Shown: positions 27,813-37,908 of the stretch, piece by piece | Position numbering within the stretch: position 1 is the stretch's first letter | Layout of the letters: the number at the start of each line of letters is the position of its first letter | NCBI GenBank assembly: GCA_049512315.1 | Contig: JBEKXF010000002.1 | Location: 62,001-126,000, forward strand | Length of the DNA stretch: 64,000 nt | Reading direction: 5' to 3' | DNA from: Candidatus Aminicenantales bacterium | Lineage (GTDB): Bacteria; Acidobacteriota; Aminicenantia; Aminicenantales; Saccharicenantaceae | Translations under genes and position numbers: made by a program | Notes under the pieces: model-generated | Seen by the model: the letters and a program-made list of their open reading frames with translations, nothing else | Told to the model about the DNA's origin: nothing | Databases searched by the model: none

Positions 27813-28872
27813 GGCAGTTCAGGACCTTGTCGAGCGCGGTGAACCCACCCTCGACGCCATAAAACCTCTTGAAAACGTCGTTTCCTTCTTTCTCGAGGTC
27901 GAACGCCGGGAAAAGGTCGGGATAAAAAATCCGGGCCAGGTACTGGGTCTCGAGGAGGACGAGGGCCGGGTCCCACCAGTACCAGAAGCCGAAGGCATAG
28001 TGCACCCTCCTCGACCGAACAGCTTTGAGCGAGGCCAGCCTCGGGTCTCCGATAACGCTTTCGACCGTCACCAACCGCTCACCGGGCGGGTAATTCCCCT
28101 GGACCAGGATGATATCCGGGTCCCAGCGGATGATCTGCTCGACGCCGACCGTCGCCGCAGCCGTTCCCAGATAAGAAGGGATAAGACCTGCGGCCCGGTT
28201 GACGCCCCCGGCCGCCTCGACCGGATCATAAACGACCGGCGTTCGGAGAAGGGACCCCCAGAAAGAGAGAAAGACCCGTGGCCGGCTGGCCTCCGGGATG
28301 TTTCCTACAGTCTGGCGGACGGTTGCGATCCCTGTCCGGAAATATTCCAGGAGCTCCCGGGCCCGGTCCTCCCGGCCGAGGATCCGGCCCATGAGGTCGA
28401 TCTCGTTGAGCAGGTTCTCGAGCCTGCCGATCGAAGCCAGGGCGACGACCGGCACGCGGAGTTTTTGCTGGATGGTCTCGGTCGACTTTTCCTCCGACGG
28501 GGAAGAAAAAAGGATGTCGGGCCGGAGATGAAGGGCCAGCTCGAAGTTCAGATCCTGGCCCTGGTTGGAGACCACGGGCAGCTTCTGGCTGGCCGGAAAG
28601 ACGATCGGGAAAAGATGGTCTTGGTTACGTAGAAAAAAATCCAGCCCCACGAGCCGGTCCCCCGCCCCCAGGGCAACGATGATCCGGGTGATCTCCGGCT
28701 CGAGGGAGATGATCCGGGAGGCCCGGCCGGGGATCTCGACCCGCCGGCCGAGGTTGTCGGTGATGAATAGCGGCGGACGGTCCTGAGCACCGCAGAGAGA
28801 GGAGGCCTTGGCCTGGAGGGCGGACAGGATCCCCACGACCAGGATAAAGCCCAGGTGCTTGACCGATCTCAT
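27793..28872 (-). CDS. Iron-chelate/cobalamin ABC substrate-binding protein
   Basis: Signal peptide, TD.LGR.V.IP...RIISL, E.I..W.PDII, AVR..RV. Confidence 0.88.
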   Translation of the reverse strand: MRSVKHLGFILVVGILSALQAKASSLCGAQDRPPLFITDNLGRRVEIPGRASRIISLEPEITRIIVALGAGDRLVGLDFFLRNQDHLFPIVFPASQKLPVVSNQGQDLNFELALHLRPDILFSSPSEEKSTETIQQKLRVPVVALASIGRLENLLNEIDLMGRILGREDRARELLEYFRTGIATVRQTVGNIPEASRPRVFLSFWGSLLRTPVVYDPVEAAGGVNRAAGLIPSYLGTAAATVGVEQIIRWDPDIILVQGNYPPGERLVTVESVIGDPRLASLKAVRSRRVHYAFGFWYWWDPALVLLETQYLARIFYPDLFPAFDLEKEGNDVFKRFYGVEGGFTALDKVLNCHEWRRE

Positions 28873-28878
28873 CGATGC

Positions 28879-28887
28879 ATTATACCA
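28879..28887 (-). promoter_or_regulatory. Extended -10 box 6 nt before the ATG (likely leaderless transcript)
   Basis: Minus strand TGGTATAAT-gcatcg-ATG, with no Shine-Dalgarno. Confidence 0.55.
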
Positions 28888-28951
28888 TTTTTCGCCCGGC
28901 CTCCCGGTCGCGGGATGCCCCGAAAATGCCGATCGGATGGTCCGGAGCGGA

Positions 28952-29608
28952 TCACGTCCGGCCGAAGATCAGGGCCCCGAAGAATTCCGGCCGGTGGAAA
29001 TCCGGGGACGGCGTCCCGACCGGGCTCCAAGCCCCGTAATGGGGGAATTTCGTCTCATCCCCGCACTTATAGAAGTTGGCGGCGCCGCGCCCGCCCGTCG
29101 GGACGGGCCGACCGTATATCTTGTGAAAAAGCTCCAGCGGGATCCTGTAGGCCAGGGCCCAATGTCCGGTCCCGATCTCGCCGTCCACGGGCCGCTTGAT
29201 CGACGAGGCGGACTTGAATCCGCGCAGGTCCTTTTCGCGGAGCGGCGTCCGTGAATGACGGTCCGGACCGAAGGCGATGAGAAACGTCCCGACCGCGTTG
29301 GCCTCGAAATTGAGGTATCCTCGCTTGAGGTCGGGGAACGTGTCGACGAAGAACTCGACGCAGCTGTCCTTGTATACGGGGTCCTGGAACCGGGTGAAGC
29401 GGGCCCGGACCTCTTTCTCCTCGACGTCGAAGCGGACATAGAGGAATCGGTCCGTGAGGCCGAGCCGGACTTCGACCCGCGGCTCGTAGCCGTTCTTGAG
29501 CCAAAGGTAGTGGTCGACCGCGAGGGACGGGAATGCCCGCCAGACCGAGGCCGGCCCTCCGACATCGAAATCCTTTCCGGCCCGGAGGATCTCGTATTGA
29601 AGTGCCAT
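28952..29608 (-). CDS. Carbohydrate-binding family 9-like (DOMON-like) protein
   Basis: DPVYKDSCVEFF, Y.NFE.NA.G, ANFYKCGD...PHY..W, PDFHRPEFFG. Confidence 0.85.
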   Translation of the reverse strand: MALQYEILRAGKDFDVGGPASVWRAFPSLAVDHYLWLKNGYEPRVEVRLGLTDRFLYVRFDVEEKEVRARFTRFQDPVYKDSCVEFFVDTFPDLKRGYLNFEANAVGTFLIAFGPDRHSRTPLREKDLRGFKSASSIKRPVDGEIGTGHWALAYRIPLELFHKIYGRPVPTGGRGAANFYKCGDETKFPHYGAWSPVGTPSPDFHRPEFFGALIFGRT

Positions 29609-29620
29609 GGCCCGAGCAGT

Positions 29621-31690
29621 CTACTTGCCGGTCCCGGCGCAGGCGTCGAGGAGTTTCTCGACCGCGCCGGCGACGGCCAGCTCACAGTGGGCTTTGGGCT
29701 TCTTGGCCTCGGCTAATAGCTGCTTTTTGCCTTCCGCCCAGCTTTTTTCCGGGGCCTTCCCTGAGGTCAGGAAGCCCAAAGCTTCTAGCCCGGTCCCGGA
29801 GACCTGTTCAAGCCCCAGGGACAGGGCTTCGATCTCGCGCAGGGCCGGGGATGAAGCGACGAACGGCAGGACCAGAGGGTGGTTGTCTTTCCAACGGATG
29901 AGCGTCGCCCTCAGCTCTTCCGCGAGCGCCGGATCCTTGCTTTCGACATACCGGTCGACCTTGACTTTGAAGGCCCGGGCGACGAGCGACTCCGGGAAGC
30001 AGGCGTCGACGAACCTCGTGAAAGGCGAGAGAGTGCTGTACGTGACGCCCTGGTTGCCGCGGTCATAGCCCTTTAAGGGCTCTGCGGCCCCGGCCAGAAC
30101 CGCGAGCGGCCCGATCTGCGGGGTTCCGGCCAGCCGCCTGAGGATCATGCCCTGGTTCTTGATGTGGGTCAGGCCCAGCTCTTCGAGGTCGACCTCGAAG
30201 AGGGCCAGTCTCCGGTACATGTCGTCGACGTTGTTGACGGATCGGGGTGACCAGAGGCGCTCGGCGATGGCCGCGGTCCTCGGCCAGATCCTCGAGTCGA
30301 TCGTCTCGGGCGTGACCATTTCGCCCCACATGGTCGCCTCGCCTCCCAAGATGAGGGCTTTCTGAGCGTCGGCCAGGGGCGAATCGGCGGGGATGGGGTC
30401 GTTCGCGTAATGGTCCGCGGCGGGCTGGCAGAGGTCGATGTAATAGCCGTTGGACAGGATCCCCTGATATCCCTTCTGGGCCGATTCGACCAGGGCCTGG
30501 GTCCCGCGCCAGGAGTGGATGATGATGTTGGTCGGCAGCCCCGGCTGGAAGATCTCGTCCCAGCCGACCATCTTTTTGCCGTACTTGGTCAGGATCTTGA
30601 GGATCCGGCGGTTGAAATAGGCCTGGAGGTCGTGGTTGGTCGCAAAGCCGTTCTTTTTCATGAAGGCCCGGATGGCCCGGCTCGCGTTCCACTGGTCGGG
30701 GTTGACCTCGTCCCCCCCGATATGCATGTACGGGCCGGGGAACAAGCCGGCCATCTCCTTGAAGAACTTGTCGAAAAAGGTGTACGTCCTCTCGTCGGCG
30801 GGATTGAAAGCCGGGCCGAAAATCCCGAAATGCCTTTCGATGGCATAGCGGCCGGGCGCGCTGGCGTATTCCGGATAGGCGACGAGCCAGCTTGTCGAAT
30901 GGCCCGGAATGTCGAACTCGGGCATGACCCGGATCGCCCGGTCCGCGGCGTACTCGATCACGTCCTTGATCTGGGCCTGAGTATAGAACAGGCCGTCCGA
31001 TCCCGCCTGGGCGAGCTTCGGGAAGGTCCTGGATTCCACCCGGAAGCCCTGGTCCTCGGTCAGGTGCCAATGAAAGACGTTCAGCTTGACGGCCGCCATG
31101 GCGTCCAGGTTACGCTTGATGACTTCGACCGGCTCGAAATGACGGCCGGAGTCGATGAGCAGACCGCGCCAGGTGAACCGGGGTCGATCCTGGATCGTCA
31201 CGCACGGGAGATAATATCCCGCCTCGTCGGCGCTCAGGAGCTGGAGCAGGGTTTCCAGCCCCCAAAGGACCCCGATGTCTGTCTCAGCCGCGAGAGTGAT
31301 GTTTTCGGGCTTGACCGTCAGCGTGTAGGATTCGTTCTCATTCGGCAGGAGCTTTCCGACGGCCAGGCAGTTGTAGATGATCGCGGGCTTGCCTTGAACG
31401 GACTGGTCGGCCAGAAAATCCTGTTTCAGGAAAAGCCCCGTCCGGCCGCCGAGACGGGACATGAAACGGGCCGCCGCCCTGAACGCTCTCGGGCTCGCCG
31501 TTCCCTGGCCCGCGATGGCCAGGTTCTCATCAACCCTGAATTTGCCGGGTGCCACGGCCACTTTTTCCGGAACGGGCATGAGTCCGAGGACTCCCCGAAC
31601 GGAATCGGCCCGCCCGGAGGTGACGAGAAAGGCCGTCAGCAAGACGGTCATGAGGACTCCAGCGAAGGCCGGATGCGCGGATCTTTTCAT
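29621..31690 (-). CDS. Beta-N-acetylhexosaminidase, GH20 (exported)
   Basis: D.PRF.WRG.LID..RHF, HWHLTEDQG, PEFDIPGH, catalytic HIGGDE, LGGEATMWGE. Confidence 0.95.
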   Translation of the reverse strand: MKRSAHPAFAGVLMTVLLTAFLVTSGRADSVRGVLGLMPVPEKVAVAPGKFRVDENLAIAGQGTASPRAFRAAARFMSRLGGRTGLFLKQDFLADQSVQGKPAIIYNCLAVGKLLPNENESYTLTVKPENITLAAETDIGVLWGLETLLQLLSADEAGYYLPCVTIQDRPRFTWRGLLIDSGRHFEPVEVIKRNLDAMAAVKLNVFHWHLTEDQGFRVESRTFPKLAQAGSDGLFYTQAQIKDVIEYAADRAIRVMPEFDIPGHSTSWLVAYPEYASAPGRYAIERHFGIFGPAFNPADERTYTFFDKFFKEMAGLFPGPYMHIGGDEVNPDQWNASRAIRAFMKKNGFATNHDLQAYFNRRILKILTKYGKKMVGWDEIFQPGLPTNIIIHSWRGTQALVESAQKGYQGILSNGYYIDLCQPAADHYANDPIPADSPLADAQKALILGGEATMWGEMVTPETIDSRIWPRTAAIAERLWSPRSVNNVDDMYRRLALFEVDLEELGLTHIKNQGMILRRLAGTPQIGPLAVLAGAAEPLKGYDRGNQGVTYSTLSPFTRFVDACFPESLVARAFKVKVDRYVESKDPALAEELRATLIRWKDNHPLVLPFVASSPALREIEALSLGLEQVSGTGLEALGFLTSGKAPEKSWAEGKKQLLAEAKKPKAHCELAVAGAVEKLLDACAGTGK

Positions 31691-31798
31691 AGACTCCTCC
31701 TTTTTCCTTCAGCTCCTCCCGCCGTTCCCCGCGGACAGGCCGGCCCTCCCCGGCCTAAGGAAGACCGGCGCGCGTCCAGCTTGGGCCCCAGGCTGGTC

Positions 31799-34700
31799 CT
31801 AATTGATGTTCCCGACAAGCGGGTCGGGCTTGACGGTGACCGTTTTCGTTTCGACATCCTTGCCGTCGATGTTCAGGACGGCCTTGTAGGTGCCGCTCGG
31901 GGCCTGGAGCCCCCTGCCGAAGCGGCCGCCTCCCATGCCACCCACCATGGGCGACTGGTCCTGACCCTGGGGCGGGCGGCGGTTGAGGCTCCAGAAAACT
32001 TTCTGAAGGCCTTTCTTGGCCGTTCCCGTCATTTCCTGGATGAGGTTGCCTTCGAGGTCCTTGATGGTCACCTTGACGGATTTAGGATCGGACTTGAGCC
32101 AATAATAAATCGTGGCACCAGCCGGAGGATTGTCGACCTTGGCAAACTCCCCGTACTGCTCTCCGCCCTGCTCCAACCTGTTCCAGCGGATGGCCTCCTT
32201 GATGTCGAAAAGCAGGGCGTCCTTTTGGAAGGACTCGGGCTTGAATTCTTTGATCGGGCCGATGTCGGCGATGTAGAAGCCGCGGCCGTAGGTGCAGATG
32301 ACCAGCTCGCGGTCGCGCTTCTGGATGGCCAGGTCGCGGACGATGACGTTCGGGGCCGTGGTCGAGAAGGGGGCCCAAGTCTTGCCCTTGTCGAAGGTCA
32401 CAGAGACCCCCAGGTCGCCGGAGATATAGAGGACGCTCGGGTTGTCGGGGTCTTCCTCAACGTCGAAGAGGGGGTTCATCATTTTGCCGGCGATGTCCTC
32501 CCAAGTCTTGCCCTTGTCGCGGGTGACGAAGAGCCAGGTCTTATCCTCATTGTGGGTCCGGTAGCCGCTGAAGGCCACGTAACAGACATTTTCATCGAAC
32601 CGGGAGGGGACGACCCGCTTGACCCAGCGGTCGTAGGGAATGAGGTCACCTTTGACGCCTTTCTTGGACTTGCCAGCGGCATCATAGAACTGGGCCGTGA
32701 TATTGACCCAGGTCACTCCCCCGTCGGGACTCATTTGGACGTTGCCGTCATCGGTGCCGGCCCAGTAGAGGCCAGGCATCTTGGGGGATTCGGCGAACGC
32801 GTAGATCGTGGCGTACTGGAGATTAGTTTTTTTCGACTGCTCGATCCGCGACTTATCGGCTTTGGTCAGGTCCGGGCTGACGGTCTGCCAGGTGTTCGGC
32901 TCGCCCCGGCTCAGGGAGCGATGCACGAATTGGGAACAGACGAAGACGATGCCGGGGTTGTGCGGCGAAAGGACGATCGGGGCGTTCCACTGATAGCGCT
33001 GGACGGGCTTGCCTTCGTCCCTCTCCTCCGGGGTCGTCCGGCGGGCCAGAGGGCTCGTCGCCCCCGTCCGGAGGTTCCTCCGCATCGAGGAGCCGAACTG
33101 GCTCTCCCAATAAATGTATTCCGGGTTCCACCAGTCGCGGACGACGTAGAACCCGTCGCCCGAGGGCAGGTAGATCCAGTCGCGGGCGAACACTCCCCAC
33201 TGGTTTCGGGTCTGGGAAGGCCCGATCCAGCAGCCGTTGTCCTGGGTTCCGCCCATGACGTTATAGGGCAGCTCGTTGTCGACGGACACGTCGTAGAACT
33301 GCTGGGCGCTGATGGTCGATTTCTGGATCCAGTGCTTGCCGCCATCCCAGGTCTCGCAGGCCCCCCCGTCGTTGCCGCTCAGGATGTGGTTTCCGTTGGC
33401 CGGGTCGACCCAGACAGCGCGGTGGTCGACGTGGGTCTTGTAGGCGCCCTGGTCCCACGGCGCGACTTTGAACGTCTTGCCGGCGTCTATTGAGGACGTC
33501 ACGTTCGTGTCCGCGCAATAAACGACCTGGTCATTGGTCTGGTCAACGACGATCCGGCCGTAATAGCCAGCCTCGGTCTGGTTGATCTGGGCGCTGCCTC
33601 CCGAGAGCTTATACTCGGTCATCTTCTTCCAGGTCTCGCCCTGGTCCTCGGATCTGTAGATGATCCCCGACCTCTTGACCGTCTCCTGGTTGCGCAGGGC
33701 GTCGGCGTAGAGGACCTCGAGGACATGCCTGTTGAGGATCTGGGCCCGGCCCTTGGCCTCGGTCGAATCCGGCTTCGGGGCTTCGGTCTTGAGGAGCGCC
33801 TCGACGGCCTTGACGTTGGCCATGAGCTCCTCATTTTTGGGATAGGTCTTGCGGGCCGCGGCGTTGAGCTTGGCTATATCGGCTCCCGTTTTTGTCAGGA
33901 AATCCTTGTCCCGGACGAACTCGTTGAGCTTCTTGGCCAGGTCGGCTTCGGAAGTGGCCGCGGGCGGAGTGAACTTGACCAGCTTGGCGATCTCGGGGGG
34001 AATCTTGTAGGTCTTGAACCGGTTAAAATACCAGTCATCCCGGAAAACCTGCCCGGCCCGGAAATCGGCCACTCCGTCACGGGGCGAAAAGCCGAGGTCG
34101 GCCTCTTCGTCGATGCGGGCATAGACGATCTTCGGGTCTTTCTCGAAGATCGCCAGGCCCGTCCTCCCCACATCAACACCGATCGGCAGGCCGGCCGCGA
34201 GCTTCTTCCAGGTCTTTCCTCCGTCCGTCGTCTTGTAGAGATAATTCCCGGGCTGGCGGTCGATGTAGGTCCAGGCCCGCCGGAAGGTCTTGTAGGCCGC
34301 GGCGATGACGATGTCCGAGTTGGCCGGGTCGATGACGAAGTCGGCGACCCCGCGGTCCTTGACAGGGAAGACGTTCGCCCAAGTCTTGCCGCCGTCGGTC
34401 GTTTTGAAGAGGCCGCGCTCGCAGTCCATCTCATTGTCGTAAAGCTTTCCCTCGGCCGCGGCGTAGGCGATGTCGGGGTTTTTCGGGTCGACGGCGACCT
34501 TGGGGATGAAGAAGCTCTTCTCCAAGCCGGCCTTGGCCCAGGTCTTGCCGCCATCAACGGATTTCCATAGGCCGTTGCCGTGGGAGGAGGACCGGGCGTG
34601 CATGGCCTCGCCCGTCCCGAGATAAAGGGTCTTCGCGTCGGACGGAGCGATGGCCAGATAGCCCATGCTCATGTTCCCGTATTTATCGAAGATGGGCTCA

Positions 34701-35008
34701 AAGTGAATGCCGGAATCCTCGGTCTTCCAGAGACCGCCGCTGGCCGTCAGGACATAGTATGTCAGGGTCTGGCCGCGGGGGACGGCGAATTCCGCAATGC
34801 GTCCCGAAAAGTTGACCGGGCCGATCCAGCGCCAGGCGAGCTGGTTCAGGTCTTCGGTCGTGATCGGGACCGCGGCCGGCGCTTGCGCCGGAGCCGGCTT
34901 CTCCTCTTTATTCTGTCCCGTGGTCTGAGGGAGCGCCAGGACAGAAACCGCGAGGAGCGCTCCGAGGGCAAAGCCACCCAGCTTCAGGGTTCGAAAGCGT
35001 CGGAACAT
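31799..35008 (-). CDS. Exported VPS10/BNR-repeat beta-propeller protein with large internal insertion
   Basis: Signal peptide, IGP..SGR, repeated Asp-boxes, GGTQDNG, TYGRG; paralog of 8834-11644. Confidence 0.85.
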   Translation of the reverse strand: MFRRFRTLKLGGFALGALLAVSVLALPQTTGQNKEEKPAPAQAPAAVPITTEDLNQLAWRWIGPVNFSGRIAEFAVPRGQTLTYYVLTASGGLWKTEDSGIHFEPIFDKYGNMSMGYLAIAPSDAKTLYLGTGEAMHARSSSHGNGLWKSVDGGKTWAKAGLEKSFFIPKVAVDPKNPDIAYAAAEGKLYDNEMDCERGLFKTTDGGKTWANVFPVKDRGVADFVIDPANSDIVIAAAYKTFRRAWTYIDRQPGNYLYKTTDGGKTWKKLAAGLPIGVDVGRTGLAIFEKDPKIVYARIDEEADLGFSPRDGVADFRAGQVFRDDWYFNRFKTYKIPPEIAKLVKFTPPAATSEADLAKKLNEFVRDKDFLTKTGADIAKLNAAARKTYPKNEELMANVKAVEALLKTEAPKPDSTEAKGRAQILNRHVLEVLYADALRNQETVKRSGIIYRSEDQGETWKKMTEYKLSGGSAQINQTEAGYYGRIVVDQTNDQVVYCADTNVTSSIDAGKTFKVAPWDQGAYKTHVDHRAVWVDPANGNHILSGNDGGACETWDGGKHWIQKSTISAQQFYDVSVDNELPYNVMGGTQDNGCWIGPSQTRNQWGVFARDWIYLPSGDGFYVVRDWWNPEYIYWESQFGSSMRRNLRTGATSPLARRTTPEERDEGKPVQRYQWNAPIVLSPHNPGIVFVCSQFVHRSLSRGEPNTWQTVSPDLTKADKSRIEQSKKTNLQYATIYAFAESPKMPGLYWAGTDDGNVQMSPDGGVTWVNITAQFYDAAGKSKKGVKGDLIPYDRWVKRVVPSRFDENVCYVAFSGYRTHNEDKTWLFVTRDKGKTWEDIAGKMMNPLFDVEEDPDNPSVLYISGDLGVSVTFDKGKTWAPFSTTAPNVIVRDLAIQKRDRELVICTYGRGFYIADIGPIKEFKPESFQKDALLFDIKEAIRWNRLEQGGEQYGEFAKVDNPPAGATIYYWLKSDPKSVKVTIKDLEGNLIQEMTGTAKKGLQKVFWSLNRRPPQGQDQSPMVGGMGGGRFGRGLQAPSGTYKAVLNIDGKDVETKTVTVKPDPLVGNIN

Positions 35009-35166
35009 GAGAGGTCCTCCTGGGTTTGAAAGTAAGAAACCTTTATAGCACAGAGGGGCGGCGAAACGAAAGAGAGAATATCGACGGAGAACGGAGCGTC
35101 AGGCCCGGGTCAGGAAGGTCCTCTCGCTGACAGGCATTCGCCGGCTCCGGGAGGGAGCCCCGGCCT

Positions 35167-35433
35167 TCAGGCGTCGATCTTTTCGACGACGATGGTCAGG
35201 TTTGAGGCCAGGGCCGCGATCGCGCCGACCGCGGCCAGGATCGGGACGGCGAGCGCCCCCACGACGCCGACCGTCAGGGGGATCTCCATGAAAATCTTGC
35301 CGTGCTCATCCTTGAGGATGATCCTTCGGGCGTTGCCCTCATGGATGATCTCCTTGATTTTGTTGAGGATCTCCCCGCCGGTGACCCGGAATTCCTCCAT
35401 CCTTGTTTTTTCCTGGCACTTTTTCTCGTCCAT
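35167..35433 (-). CDS. DUF4342-like small protein
   Basis: KIKEIIHEGNARRI...EIPLTVGV..A..P.LAA.GA pattern. Confidence 0.75.
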   Translation of the reverse strand: MDEKKCQEKTRMEEFRVTGGEILNKIKEIIHEGNARRIILKDEHGKIFMEIPLTVGVVGALAVPILAAVGAIAALASNLTIVVEKIDA

Positions 35434-35506
35434 CTCAAGCCTCCGTCGAGCGGGATTAAGGAGCCGACGGGCTCCGCGCGGCCGATGCCGCTCATCGTAT
35501 TTTACG

Positions 35507-36016
35507 TCAAATGTCGGGAAAGAGTTTCTTCAGGACGGCCAGCGATTCCGGGAAAAGCCCGGCCAGGGGCACGGATTCCCAGGTGGCCGACTCGACCTGC
35601 CAGGCCGCGGCCGGGGATTTCCTGAGCCGCAGGCTGAACCGGTAATAGTCCCCCGCATATCGAATGAGCTTCCGGAAGATTTCCGCTGCCCCCGAGGACA
35701 GCATGGCCTCGGCCCGGACGGAGGCTCGGACCCCATCCTCTATCGCATCGACCTTGACGCTCAGGAGATGGATCACGATCCCGGGCCGCCGGAAATATTC
35801 CTGGACGAGGGCCTCGGTGGCCCGCTTGTCCCGCCCCTCGAAATCGGCGTAGTCTTCCGTCAGACGGTCCATCACCGCGGCGAGGTCCCGTTTTTCGGCC
35901 AAGGAAATCGTTTGCTTCAAGAACGCCCAGATCCTGTCCTCTTCGGACGGACGGCCGCAGATCGAAGTGAACGACGCCATCAAGATGATGATGGCGAAGA
36001 GCCTGACAGCCCGCAT
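35507..36016 (-). CDS. Hypothetical exported or lipoprotein, NTF2/SnoaL-like
   Basis: Hydrophobic N-terminus with Cys, helix then ..DY.D..G. pattern and C-terminal W.V..A.W strand; packed between co-oriented genes. Confidence 0.6.
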   Translation of the reverse strand: MRAVRLFAIIILMASFTSICGRPSEEDRIWAFLKQTISLAEKRDLAAVMDRLTEDYADFEGRDKRATEALVQEYFRRPGIVIHLLSVKVDAIEDGVRASVRAEAMLSSGAAEIFRKLIRYAGDYYRFSLRLRKSPAAAWQVESATWESVPLAGLFPESLAVLKKLFPDI

Positions 36017-36073
36017 TTCTGGTGTTCTCAACTTCCGATGGTCCTCCGGCCCACGGCGGCCCGAGGCCGGGGA

Positions 36074-37897
36074 TCAACCGGCGCCGCCGCCCCCTCCGCC
36101 GCCGCCCCCTCCGCCTCCTCCGCTGAAACCTCCTCCTCCGCCCGAGGAATAATGGGCGGCCGCGGTGCTGGCCTGGCTGACCGAGGTGGCCATGTGCTCG
36201 ATGCTGCTGATCATCCCGGCCAGGTTCCCGGTCGACAGGAAAGAGGCTTGGCTGGCTCCCGCGTACCAGACAGGGACCGCGGCCCGCTCGTTCTGGAGGA
36301 TGACCGGGAGGGCCTTGAGGATCTTCTTAGCGTTCCCGAAGAGGATCCCGAAAACAAGGTAGTGCTCCCAGAGCCTTAGGGCTTCGGGCGGGAGTTCCTG
36401 GAATTCGGAGAAGTCATCGAGGAAATGTCGGAAAGCCCTCCACATCTCGTTCTCGCGGGCCCAACTTGGGGTCCGCCGCTTCAGGGTCGGGATGAGGACG
36501 GAGGCCAGGACGAGCAGGACCGGGTTGAGCGTCAGGATCGCGACCGGCAGGGAGACGGCCAGGAAGACGTTCCGGGCCCTCAGGCTTTCGGGTTCGAGGA
36601 ACCGCAGCGGTTTGGTTTCTTCTTTGATATCCTTGCCCCAGGCCTGATACCACTTCTGGAATTCCTGGGGCTCTTTTCTCAGATAATCCTTGAGATTGTC
36701 CAGCGTCAGGGAGGACCCTTTGCGTTCGCCGGGCTGGCCGAGCTTGCCGAAGAGAAGGTCGAGGAGGTCATGCTCATAGGGCCTCAGGGTCGGATCGTTG
36801 TCGAAATCCTTCCTCAGGGTGAGGCGGGTCTCGACCTTCTCCTTGGACCCGAAGAGGCCCTGCTTTTCCACGGTCCTGTCCTCCATCCCGATCCAGCCGC
36901 GGCGGGCCAAGTCGAAGATAGTGGCCGTGAAGGCGGCCGGCGTGATCCCGCGCCCCTCGCGCAGGAGCACCTGGACGAAGGCGGGCGGCAGGTCCGAGGG
37001 GAGTTCCCGGATATACTCGGGGAGGCCGTCAAACCTGTAATCCTTTCCGATGTTCGACCACGTCCGGAAATAGAAAAGAAGCCAGAGGAGGGGTCCGACG
37101 ATCTGCCACACTCCCCAGATCCCGAGAATCTTGAGCCACTTCTGCTTGTTCCTCTCCTGTTCCTCCCGGGTGCGTTGGACCCGTTCGATAGTCCCCTGGA
37201 CGAAGCGGGCCTCTTCCTCCTTGATGGATCCCAGGCTTTCCCCCGATGCCGGGACGCCCGAGACGACGCCCGACGGCCAAACGACACGGATCTCGACATA
37301 CTGCCGGGACGGGACATCGACGGCCGAGAAACGGGCGGTCCTTTCGTCCATCACCTCCGCCCAGCCGGTCAGGGGGCCGTGCCCCCAGACTCTGAGGTCG
37401 GCCTTGCTCGGGAGCGGCTCGGGCAGCCGGACCTCGATCGAGACCTTCTTGGTTGGCCGGCTCCAGCCGTCGCCGATGACCTGCCAGTAGAGCTCGGTGA
37501 CGTCGGGGTAGCTTCGGATTCCGTTTCCCAACTTATAATGGATATGGAATGTCCGGCGCTCGTTCCGGGCCGAATAGAACCATTTAGCCGAGAACAGACC
37601 ATTATTCAATGACGTCTCGGCCCTCAGCGGCCGGCCGCCCTCGTCGCTCACGGCGAAATCGCTGAGCGATGCCCCGTAGCTCCGACCCATCCGGCTTACG
37701 GAAAGACGGATCTGGAGGTTAGCCCAGGAGAAGTTTCCCCGGAACTCGTAGGTCCGGAATTCATCGACGAGAAACGACCCGTCCTTTCCGATCGCCACCC
37801 CGACCCGGACTTCGGGAAAATAATAGTTCTTGGTTTCGGCCCTGATCGGCAGGGCCATCAGGGAAACGAAGAGGATGATGCCGACCGCCCTTTTCAT
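36074..37897 (-). CDS. DUF2207 family membrane protein
   Basis: Signal peptide, ELYWQ.IG..W, WGHGPL.G, AT.FDLARRG, W..F..FL.DFS, Gly-rich C-terminal tail. Confidence 0.88.
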   Translation of the reverse strand: MKRAVGIILFVSLMALPIRAETKNYYFPEVRVGVAIGKDGSFLVDEFRTYEFRGNFSWANLQIRLSVSRMGRSYGASLSDFAVSDEGGRPLRAETSLNNGLFSAKWFYSARNERRTFHIHYKLGNGIRSYPDVTELYWQVIGDGWSRPTKKVSIEVRLPEPLPSKADLRVWGHGPLTGWAEVMDERTARFSAVDVPSRQYVEIRVVWPSGVVSGVPASGESLGSIKEEEARFVQGTIERVQRTREEQERNKQKWLKILGIWGVWQIVGPLLWLLFYFRTWSNIGKDYRFDGLPEYIRELPSDLPPAFVQVLLREGRGITPAAFTATIFDLARRGWIGMEDRTVEKQGLFGSKEKVETRLTLRKDFDNDPTLRPYEHDLLDLLFGKLGQPGERKGSSLTLDNLKDYLRKEPQEFQKWYQAWGKDIKEETKPLRFLEPESLRARNVFLAVSLPVAILTLNPVLLVLASVLIPTLKRRTPSWARENEMWRAFRHFLDDFSEFQELPPEALRLWEHYLVFGILFGNAKKILKALPVILQNERAAVPVWYAGASQASFLSTGNLAGMISSIEHMATSVSQASTAAAHYSSGGGGGFSGGGGGGGGGGGGGAG

Positions 37898-37908
37898 GGC
37901 CGTCCCCC

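Noticed and set aside
28873..28951. Cobalamin riboswitch upstream of the ABC importer
   Set aside because: The gap is only 79 nt, has no B12-box, and the -10 box abuts the start codon
30410..33493. Very long alternative ORFs (30410-33493 +, 42768-46073 -, 56224-58704 -, 17353-19566 +, 14731-16830 +, 24001-25974 -)
   Set aside because: They are antisense shadows of well-supported genes; GC-rich codon bias depletes stop codons on the opposite strand, and the translations show no family motifs
36077..36150. GGC-rich tandem repeat
   Set aside because: It encodes the normal Gly-rich tail of DUF2207 proteins
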